Shown here piece after piece: positions 30,468-38,629 of a DNA stretch of 64,000 nt. Position 1 is the first letter of the stretch, and each line of letters begins with the position of its first letter. Source of the DNA: a virus. The position numbers were made by a program, and so were the translations under genes. The stretch is from the IMG/VR virus record IMGVR_UViG_3300021139_000005, positions 1 to 64,000 of that record. One strand, written 5' to 3'. The notes below the pieces were generated by a model. It ran no database searches and was not told the DNA's origin. It saw only the letters and a list, made by a program, of their open reading frames with translations.

Positions 30468-30812
30468 ATGTTCGAATGTTCACAGTGCGGCTTATGCTGC
30501 AGAAACACCGGAAAAGTAGTAGCTGACGCAAAGAAGGCACTATCCGAAGGAAGCAAATCAGTTCTAACCAGGATAACATCTGAGTTCCCATTTGGAGCAA
30601 AGGAAAATGGTTCCTGTGAAAAACTTGGAGAAGATGGCCGATGCACTGTTTATGAGAACCGGCCAGACATCTGTAATGTTGAGAAGAGCTTCGAAACTGT
30701 GGGCGCAGGAATGACGAAGGAGCAGTATTACTCATTGCAGGGAACTTGTTGCAATGTGATGATAAAAGAGGCCGGAATGGACGAAAAGTATTTAGTCAAA
30801 CAAAACTACTAA
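30468..30812 (+). CDS. YkgJ-family Cys-cluster (putative Fe-S/Zn) protein
   Basis: FECSQCGLCC...C.....GRCTVYENRPDIC. Confidence 0.85.
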   Translation: MFECSQCGLCCRNTGKVVADAKKALSEGSKSVLTRITSEFPFGAKENGSCEKLGEDGRCTVYENRPDICNVEKSFETVGAGMTKEQYYSLQGTCCNVMIKEAGMDEKYLVKQNY

Positions 30813-30813
30813 C

Positions 30814-31524
30814 ATGGCAGGTATTGGAGCAGGATTAGGGGGATTTGCAAGCCTCATTACTAACCTGATTAGCGCAGGTGAAAAAAACGCTCAAGCCAAG
30901 AAACAACAGGGTAAGGCTGCTGAGCTTGAGGCACAGGCCAATGCTGTAACACCAGAGAACCCCCTCAATGACCCAGCGTATAAGATGAAGGCATTCCTCG
31001 CTGCTGCTGGTCTTCCAGGGTATGAACAATACAAGGAGGGTTACAATCAGGATGAGGCCAATGCTGTCGCGCATGCGGAAAAGGATACTAACAGCAGTGG
31101 TGCTTTACTTAACTTTTTGGCTGCAAGCGAAGGCCAAAAGAACAAAGCTGTTACCAGTTTAAATACTCAAAATGCAGCTTATATTGAAGGTAAAAAGGTA
31201 GCTCTAGCTGATCAGTATGAAACCGAGAAGATGAACTTTGACCAAATAGCAAGGGAGCCGAAGGCGAAGCTGAACTATGCGGCCACATCATACGAGAATG
31301 CTGCTCTTCAGGAAAAACAAGATGGTCAAGACCAAACTTTAGGAGCCATCGGTAAGGCCGGTTCGGATATCGGTTCATTACTTGGAACAATAAAGAAGCC
31401 GGTTCCTTCGCCAACATTCGATGCGACAAGCCAAACAGGAGGAGTGAGTAATGCGGTAATTCAACAGGTAATAAATGCGATTCTGAAAAAGGGCAATGAT
31501 GCCGCTGTTCCGTCAGACTTTTAA
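30814..31524 (+). CDS. Probable ejection/internal virion protein
   Basis: G/A-rich N-terminus, A/Q helical body. Confidence 0.55.
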   Translation: MAGIGAGLGGFASLITNLISAGEKNAQAKKQQGKAAELEAQANAVTPENPLNDPAYKMKAFLAAAGLPGYEQYKEGYNQDEANAVAHAEKDTNSSGALLNFLAASEGQKNKAVTSLNTQNAAYIEGKKVALADQYETEKMNFDQIAREPKAKLNYAATSYENAALQEKQDGQDQTLGAIGKAGSDIGSLLGTIKKPVPSPTFDATSQTGGVSNAVIQQVINAILKKGNDAAVPSDF

Positions 31525-31533
31525 TTTCAAACT

Positions 31534-33648
31534 ATGCCAGATCCAGGTTTAACATACGTCAGCGGTAATTACACAGCAGGGCCAGGTATCAGCGCTCCAT
31601 CTAAAGTATTTGGACCTGAGCAGGTAGCGGAGTTAACCAACAACCGGCTAGACCAGTATGTGCAGGACAAAAAGCAGGAACAGGCCAAGAACCAGGCCAA
31701 GCTCGGGAAGATGCTTTCTGACCTCGATGTAAAACCAACGGGCATGTTCGAAAAGGATTTGCCCGAGTTTGTTAAGGCCAAGCAAGCACTGGAAGACTTC
31801 TATACTCAAGCCCAGGTAGCCGGTGTTGATCCTAATAACCCAAGATTTTTGGAGCAGTATACCAAGGCTAAGAAGTATAAAGATGGTCTTCAGGCTATGG
31901 TACAGCAGAGCGTTAATAACAACAAGGAGTTTATAGAGGCAGTAAAAAAGCTGGATAGCAATAAGAATGATCAATTTGATTTTGACAGTAGCCAGAAGAA
32001 TCTGGAAGCCTTTAAAAATGGAACGTTTGAGGAAAGGAATAAGTTAATAGGTAATCTATTAGTCCCAAACAACACAGATTATGAGCATAAATTCATGCTT
32101 GACCTGTATAAGAATGGATTGTTAAAGCCAGACACAACAAAGGTGGCTCTTGATGCAAAGAACCCTGTAAAATATGATAAGGCAAGACTGAAGGAACTAG
32201 AAGCCCTTGACTCATCAGGTAACTTAAAAGGGGATGAGCAGAATGAGTTAAAGGACCTTCGAATCAGCAGAGATGAGAATCAAAAACTTGTCGAAGGATA
32301 TGATGTATCAGAGACGAATGTGAAGTATGGGGACGATATTACCTTTAAAGCCAAAGATGCTAACGGAAACGTAGTTGACCAGATGAAGTTACCCTCTCAA
32401 ACATTGGGGGCGGCAAGAGAAATGATGGCACCCGGAAATAAGGCAGGGGATAAGAGTAGGAGAGAGCTGATAAATTTAAGTAATGGGAAGGATGCCTCTG
32501 GTCAAATACCGCAAGTACAAGACCCAAACTATCCTAATGACCCCACAAAAACAATTGATGACCCCATTGCACAGGAAACCTACCGAAATCTGTATTACAA
32601 CCTGCAAAAGATGGCGGCAGGGTATGGCATGTTTGGTGGACAACCTATAACCGGAGATGAGCTTTACGCGGCTCAAAAGATATCAGCTCACGCTAATGGT
32701 ATCAAGAGGGCGTTTGAGGCAAAAGAAACACCCGCACAGGCAGCCAATGCGAGATACTGGAACTCTGGTGCCGGAAGGAAAGAGAAGGAGCAAACGTCAT
32801 TTGCTGATGACATTGTTAACCAGGCATACTCTTGGCTTACAGGAGATCCTAAGCACGTTCATATGGACTCAGATGGCAGGAATGTAGCCGACCTTGTTGG
32901 CTATAATAGTTACCTTGGGGCAGAGTATAAAAAAGGATTTGGAAACCGAGTTGAAGACGCTCAATTCATTAAAAGACCTGATGGAACAACGGTCCTCCGG
33001 GTGAAATCATCTGCAAGCAAAGCAAAGGCAGCGCAGAATCCTACAATAACGGCACAGTACGAAGCAACAACGGCTCAGGTTGAGGCGATTGAAAACAATC
33101 CGAAGGTTTACGACAAAAATAATCCTATAAATCCGTGGAAAGATATCAGCCAGAAGGCCGATTATGAGAAGTTACAGAACCACCTTACCGAACTAGAAAA
33201 GGCTGGCGGTAGCGGATATACAACTTATACCGTTGATCAACTTGGAACGCTGGCACAGGAACGAGTTATGGGTATCATGCATGGACATGGTGATCTCGCT
33301 ACAGTACTTGGCGAGGTTAAAGATGCGGTGGACAGAAAGCTAAAATCTGTTGCTGGAAAGAACCCCAGTTACGGGGCAATAAAATCATCAGATAAGGCTG
33401 CATTACAGCAGCAACTTGAGGACAACTTGGATAAGATGAATTATATGTCTGAAGGACCAGATAAGGCAGACTTTGTAGCAGAAAATACTCGCCTTCGGGA
33501 AAAAATCAAGGCTATTGAGGATAAAGAGGTCGGCACCAAAACATCAACCAAAAAGACACCTCCTCCAAAGACGGGTGATGTTGTATCCGGACATAAGTTT
33601 AAAGGAGGAGACCCAAACAAACCAGAAAATTGGGAGGTTGTAAAATAA
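31534..33648 (+). CDS. Probable ejection/internal virion protein
   Basis: K/Q-rich; C-terminal GDVVSGHKFKGGDPNKPENW motif. Confidence 0.55.
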   Translation: MPDPGLTYVSGNYTAGPGISAPSKVFGPEQVAELTNNRLDQYVQDKKQEQAKNQAKLGKMLSDLDVKPTGMFEKDLPEFVKAKQALEDFYTQAQVAGVDPNNPRFLEQYTKAKKYKDGLQAMVQQSVNNNKEFIEAVKKLDSNKNDQFDFDSSQKNLEAFKNGTFEERNKLIGNLLVPNNTDYEHKFMLDLYKNGLLKPDTTKVALDAKNPVKYDKARLKELEALDSSGNLKGDEQNELKDLRISRDENQKLVEGYDVSETNVKYGDDITFKAKDANGNVVDQMKLPSQTLGAAREMMAPGNKAGDKSRRELINLSNGKDASGQIPQVQDPNYPNDPTKTIDDPIAQETYRNLYYNLQKMAAGYGMFGGQPITGDELYAAQKISAHANGIKRAFEAKETPAQAANARYWNSGAGRKEKEQTSFADDIVNQAYSWLTGDPKHVHMDSDGRNVADLVGYNSYLGAEYKKGFGNRVEDAQFIKRPDGTTVLRVKSSASKAKAAQNPTITAQYEATTAQVEAIENNPKVYDKNNPINPWKDISQKADYEKLQNHLTELEKAGGSGYTTYTVDQLGTLAQERVMGIMHGHGDLATVLGEVKDAVDRKLKSVAGKNPSYGAIKSSDKAALQQQLEDNLDKMNYMSEGPDKADFVAENTRLREKIKAIEDKEVGTKTSTKKTPPPKTGDVVSGHKFKGGDPNKPENWEVVK

Positions 33649-33671
33649 GTAAAAGTTTATACCTTTGAAGC

Positions 33672-33914
33672 ATGAGAATGCCCAGAAAAGTAAAAAAAAG
33701 ACTACAAAAACGAGTTGCTAATGGGGCTACGTTTGATGAATTTATGTTTGAATTCATGCACAAAAAAAGAAATATTTTGTTTAAGAGGTTTGGTAAACAA
33801 TCACCCATGTCTGCTGGAAAATTTATAGTTGCTAATTATATGTCTCCCGATCTAACTAAAATAGAGGGTAATGCATTTGATGATGTATTATTACCTTTGA
33901 ACAATGGCCGATGA
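33672..33914 (+). CDS. 80-aa protein carrying a copy of the MCP N-terminal motif
   Basis: KRNILFKRFGKQ vs MCP KRNKLFKRFGKQ; own TACCTTTG element 33660-33667. Confidence 0.75.
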   Translation: MRMPRKVKKRLQKRVANGATFDEFMFEFMHKKRNILFKRFGKQSPMSAGKFIVANYMSPDLTKIEGNAFDDVLLPLNNGR

Positions 33915-36585
33915 CAAAAAACCATGGGAAGTAGAGTATGACAAGGGTAGCTCAGATAGCAAACAAGCTACCACAGAGGCAAAGCCTTGGGAAATAGATT
34001 ATGACAAACCGGCTTCCAAGAAAGAAGATGCACCCGTAAACTCTAATGAAGAGGCCCAAAAGAAACTACAAGATGGTGGTAAATTACCTGGACTACAGGA
34101 TAACAAAACACCTGGGAAAGAGTCTAATGAGGCGGTTCCTGTTCACCCACAGAACGAACGCCTTCCTGATCCAATAAAGAAAAAGGTAGGCGATAAAAGC
34201 GTTGAAACCTACGTCGCTGAAAAGAATCATGAGCAGTTCAAGAAGCAGGGAGAGATGTCGGATATTGCCGGCAAGCTGAATCAGTTTCAATATTCTGATA
34301 ACTGGAAACAGTTTTTAGCCCTCAGCGAATCATTCGCAAGCCCCAACTTGAAGAAAGGGACTCCAGAGTACGATGCGGCAGTTAAGAAGCATGATGAACT
34401 TATGGATAAGCCGTTCGACTATAACTCCGTTCAGTATGAGTGGGGGTCTAATCCTACACCGGCATCCACCTCTGAAAAAAACTACGTTAAGCCAGCGACA
34501 GAAACTACCTTCAATAACAAGGTTCCAAAAGAATTTGCCAGTGTAAAAACAGTTGGTGATGCTGTAAAAGTTTGGAATAAACTGAGTGCTGATGGGAAGA
34601 AGCTACAGGAAGAGCATAAGCAGGTAACTGCTGATAAGGATGAAACAGTCAAGGCCGCGAGAGATATTGCCGGCATCAAGATAAACCAAGCCGGAGAGCA
34701 TCAGATAAACCAGTACGAGTCCTTCGTTGATGGGCTTGTTGGTTCGTTCAGTTCAATAAAGAAAACGACTGACCTGCTTACTTCATCTCCAGAGGAACGT
34801 GCACAGATAGGTTTGCAGGGCGAAGGAGAGCAGCTTATTGATCCAAAGGTCCCTACAGGATTTGGGGCAGGAGCTTTTCAGGCGGCAGGTAGCCTTATCC
34901 CGTTGGCCATGCCTGGGATTGGGGCAGAGGCTGCGTTTGGCAAGGGAATGTTAGCTGCCGGTGGTGCAATGTTCGGACAGGGCCTTATCATGCATATGAC
35001 AGGATATGCACCTGCATGGCAGGAGATGTTCAGCAAAACATTTAACGAAACGGGGGATAAGATGTTGGCTGTAGACAAAGCCGACAAGACTGCAGCAGTA
35101 CATGGAACGGTGGACTTCATAGTAGGTGCTGCCATGCTTCCAATAGCTACTAAATTAGGAGGAATAGCAGGCAGGGCTATACTTGGGGAAGAGGCTGCGA
35201 ATTACCTCACCAAAACAGGAGAACTTAACGCAAGCAGGATGCCGTTAGGCCGGTGGGTAGAATACCAGTTGGCTCATCACAGTATTGCATCGAGTCCGTT
35301 TTACGCGGGTAAGGTAGTTACAAATGCCTTTGATATTGCCAGCGGGGAAAAGAAGGGATACCTGGATGGAGCCGCCGATCAATACATGGGTGCTATGTTG
35401 TTGGGGTTCGGAATGGATGGATTCATGTATGGCAAAGGGAAGGTAAGGGATATGTGGGGTAAAACCCTATCAAAATATGCTCCGGATGCTGCTGTTCAGT
35501 TCATCAACAAAATGATTGGCGAAGGCAAGATGGGCCAGAAGGAAGGCACTGACATGGTAGGAACCATAGAAAATCAGGCCCGGGCATACAAGATGATGCC
35601 AGATGGAATTACCATCGACCACGAAGGCGAGATTCTTCCTATCCTGATGGAGAATGATCAGCTAATGCGCCAAAAGAATGAAGGAGACCTTTATCCTGAC
35701 GTTGTTACCATGGATAAAATCCGGAAGAACAACCAGAAGATATTGGAGATTACTCAGTCTCCACTATCGTACGAAGAGTTAAAGGATAGGGCTAAATTGA
35801 AGGAACAGGAGAAGGCAAATGGTGGAAGACTTCCACAGCATGACCGGGATATGTTATCGCACTACGACCGCAGGCTGGATGCTATTGAGGCTACCAAGGC
35901 TGAAATGGCTAACCGGAAACAGAAGGCTATCGATGACATGATTGATAAGCTGTCTACCGGTGATAAGGTAGAGGCTACTCCAGAAGAACAGAAATTCTAT
36001 GAGGAGAATAAAACAGCAATCGATAAAGGTCTGGAAGATAAACAGACCGCTATTGACACGGAGAAAAAGGCATCCATTCAGAACAAGATAAATGCTGGGG
36101 AAGAAATTACCGGCGATGAGCTTGCTGACAAGAAGAAGTTCGAAGAGGAAGGATACGAGTTCAGGCCCAAACCTGCTGCTCCACCGGCACCTGTTCCCGC
36201 ACCTGAAGAGGTTCAACAGCACATAGCCAACAACTATAAAGCTGATTTGAATGCCATCGACGCAAAGATGGAGTCAGGAGAACTTACCCATGAGCAAGGG
36301 GAGGCAGAGATTCAAAAGTTGAAGGATAAGGCAGTAAAAGACCTGGCCGATAAGAAGGCTGCGGAGAATAAAGCTACGCGGGAATCGCTTGAACCAGACA
36401 TGAATGCCTTCAGCGAATACGAAGCACTTCAAAAGAAAAAGGGTATCAAAAAGACCAACGGCATGGCCGACTTCCTTGAAAAGATGGGAAGGAAGGGTGC
36501 AGCTATAAAGGCTATCTCAGACAATTGGAGTGAGCTCAGCAAAGAACTTGAGAAATCAGGCATCTTGGAAGTTGACTGCCCATAG
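33904..36585 (+). CDS. Large internal virion/ejection protein
   Basis: KPWE(V/I)xYD repeat, G/A-rich hydrophobic middle, charged C-terminus ending VDCP. Confidence 0.6.
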   Translation: MADDKKPWEVEYDKGSSDSKQATTEAKPWEIDYDKPASKKEDAPVNSNEEAQKKLQDGGKLPGLQDNKTPGKESNEAVPVHPQNERLPDPIKKKVGDKSVETYVAEKNHEQFKKQGEMSDIAGKLNQFQYSDNWKQFLALSESFASPNLKKGTPEYDAAVKKHDELMDKPFDYNSVQYEWGSNPTPASTSEKNYVKPATETTFNNKVPKEFASVKTVGDAVKVWNKLSADGKKLQEEHKQVTADKDETVKAARDIAGIKINQAGEHQINQYESFVDGLVGSFSSIKKTTDLLTSSPEERAQIGLQGEGEQLIDPKVPTGFGAGAFQAAGSLIPLAMPGIGAEAAFGKGMLAAGGAMFGQGLIMHMTGYAPAWQEMFSKTFNETGDKMLAVDKADKTAAVHGTVDFIVGAAMLPIATKLGGIAGRAILGEEAANYLTKTGELNASRMPLGRWVEYQLAHHSIASSPFYAGKVVTNAFDIASGEKKGYLDGAADQYMGAMLLGFGMDGFMYGKGKVRDMWGKTLSKYAPDAAVQFINKMIGEGKMGQKEGTDMVGTIENQARAYKMMPDGITIDHEGEILPILMENDQLMRQKNEGDLYPDVVTMDKIRKNNQKILEITQSPLSYEELKDRAKLKEQEKANGGRLPQHDRDMLSHYDRRLDAIEATKAEMANRKQKAIDDMIDKLSTGDKVEATPEEQKFYEENKTAIDKGLEDKQTAIDTEKKASIQNKINAGEEITGDELADKKKFEEEGYEFRPKPAAPPAPVPAPEEVQQHIANNYKADLNAIDAKMESGELTHEQGEAEIQKLKDKAVKDLADKKAAENKATRESLEPDMNAFSEYEALQKKKGIKKTNGMADFLEKMGRKGAAIKAISDNWSELSKELEKSGILEVDCP

Positions 36586-36599
36586 TATATATTTGCTAC

Positions 36600-37223
36600 A
36601 TGGTAGCAGTAGAATTCATCATCGACGTAATCCTGGACGCACCATTTGAATCGATATATCCTGAAGAGATGAGAATCCCTTCCGAGATCAAGCATCAGAT
36701 GCTGCATAAGACCCAGGCAACCTTCATCACAATGATCAACAAGGAAACCAGGGAGCCAATTGGCGAGACGTATTACCTCCCGTTGGACTTGCTTGAACAA
36801 CACATGACCGAGTTACAGGCCGGGGCATGGATGGGAAAACAAGCAGCATACATCTACAAGAACACAATTCTTCCTGAATATCAGGGTAAAGGGTATGGAA
36901 AGATGCTCACCGATTTCAGGCTCTCTCATCTCAAAAAACAAGGGTATAAATACTCCATCGGTCACGCGAGACACAACAGGTCAATTAAGCAGGCGCGTAT
37001 GTTCGGAGCCACGGTCATTTCAGAGATTGATAACTGGTCAGGCGGTAGCGAAACGGTATCTCTTTGTGTGCTTGATTTAACCAAGTTCAGTGATCATGAG
37101 ATTGACCGGGCAGCAGTAAAGGCCGGTATCGAATCAGGATACAAATACACAGAAAAGATAGCTTATCAGGACGGTTACCGGGCAGGTATTATCTTTGCTC
37201 AACAAAATGGCTATAACTCCTGA
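36600..37223 (+). CDS. GNAT-family acetyltransferase
   Basis: ILPEYQGKGYGKML acetyl-CoA motif. Confidence 0.85.
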   Translation: MVAVEFIIDVILDAPFESIYPEEMRIPSEIKHQMLHKTQATFITMINKETREPIGETYYLPLDLLEQHMTELQAGAWMGKQAAYIYKNTILPEYQGKGYGKMLTDFRLSHLKKQGYKYSIGHARHNRSIKQARMFGATVISEIDNWSGGSETVSLCVLDLTKFSDHEIDRAAVKAGIESGYKYTEKIAYQDGYRAGIIFAQQNGYNS

Positions 37224-37332
37224 CGATAACATGGATGGCATCGATGAAGATGCAGACTTCGTAGAGACGGAAGAAACAGGCTATGAGGATATCGAAAGTG
37301 ATTCTGAGGACGATTCAAACGAAGATTGGTAA
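37207..37332 (+). CDS. 41-aa highly acidic peptide (not in ORF track)
   Basis: MAITPDDNMDGIDEDADFVETEETGYEDIESDSEDDSNEDW; TAATG overlap with next gene; TATCTTTG just upstream. Confidence 0.7.
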   Translation: MAITPDDNMDGIDEDADFVETEETGYEDIESDSEDDSNEDW

Positions 37333-38612
37333 TGGACAAAGAACTGCTCAAAAAGAACGTCATCATAGTTGACAATGGCTCCCACATCGGATTTGCCCAA
37401 AGACTTTCGCGTGAATTCGGGAAGGTATACTACCACAACCCATCAGGGAAATCATCTTATCCGGCAGAGCATGACGCAGCCGTAGGGGAGGGCATGAAAG
37501 GAATTACAGTAAGCTATGATTTCTACGATGACCTGAAGGATAGCGATGCAGTATTCTTCCTTGACCTGTACCATGATGATTGGCAACAGCACCTTGTGGA
37601 CATCGGATATCCGGTATGGGGCGCAAGGGAGGGCGAGGAGATAGAGACTGAGCGAATAGAAGCAAAGAAACTGATGAAGAGGCTTGGCCTACCGGTAAAC
37701 AAATACGATATCGTTAAGGGACTTGACAACCTCCGCGAGTATTTGAAAAAGAATGATGATGTCTTCGTTAAGGTATCCAGATGGCGGGGTGATGGCGAAA
37801 GTTTTCACTCAGAGAATTACCAGGCTATTGAGAATAAGCTGAACCACATGCAGGTATTTTACGGCGCAATGGCAGACACGAAGGAATTTGTAGTTGAGCA
37901 GCCCATTGAGGCAGTTTGTGAGGTTGGTTTAGACCTTTACTGTATTGATGGTGTTTTTCCAGATATAGTGCCGTTCGGGTTCGAGGCCAAGGACTGCGGA
38001 TATGTATGTACTGTGATGCCATTTAAAGAGATATCCCCATTGCTCACTGACCTTCCAATGAAGATGGCCGATACTCTGAGAGAGTTACAATACCGGTCAG
38101 ACTTCTCCACAGAGCACAGAATAACCAAGAAAAAGGTGTCTTACTGCATAGATATTGTAGCGGGTAGAAAGCCTTCTCCTCCATCAGAACTGTTACAGGA
38201 GCTCATCCTTAATTGGGGGGAGATAATGTTCTACGGAGCCCAAGGAAAGATGATTCAGCCAGAGTATGCAGCAAAATTTGGAGCCGAGATAATCATTCAC
38301 TGTGCCGATGCTGAAAAGGAATGGGTAACAATTCAAATACCAGAAGAGATTCGCCAGTGGGTAAAACTAAAAAACGTGTGTTATTACAACGATGCGTTTC
38401 AGTACATACCACAAGCGTTTGATATGGAAGAAATAGGGGCGGTTGTAGCTATTGGCGATAGTATTGAGGAATGCATTGAGAAGGTAGGGGAATACTGTTC
38501 TATGATTACAGCACATGGCTTAGAGATGAATGTAGAACCCATTATGGCTAAATTACAAAAGGCCATTGCCGATGGGGAGTCCGTGGGTATTAAATTTGGT
38601 CAGGAAATATAG
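37332..38612 (+). CDS. PurD-like ATP-grasp ligase
   Basis: GYPVWGA..EIETERIEAKKLMKRLGLPV, VFVKVS, FVVEQPIEAVCEVG, GFEAKD; start ATG 37332. Confidence 0.8.
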   Translation: MDKELLKKNVIIVDNGSHIGFAQRLSREFGKVYYHNPSGKSSYPAEHDAAVGEGMKGITVSYDFYDDLKDSDAVFFLDLYHDDWQQHLVDIGYPVWGAREGEEIETERIEAKKLMKRLGLPVNKYDIVKGLDNLREYLKKNDDVFVKVSRWRGDGESFHSENYQAIENKLNHMQVFYGAMADTKEFVVEQPIEAVCEVGLDLYCIDGVFPDIVPFGFEAKDCGYVCTVMPFKEISPLLTDLPMKMADTLRELQYRSDFSTEHRITKKKVSYCIDIVAGRKPSPPSELLQELILNWGEIMFYGAQGKMIQPEYAAKFGAEIIIHCADAEKEWVTIQIPEEIRQWVKLKNVCYYNDAFQYIPQAFDMEEIGAVVAIGDSIEECIEKVGEYCSMITAHGLEMNVEPIMAKLQKAIADGESVGIKFGQEI

Positions 38613-38629
38613 CCTAAATTTGCCTTCAT

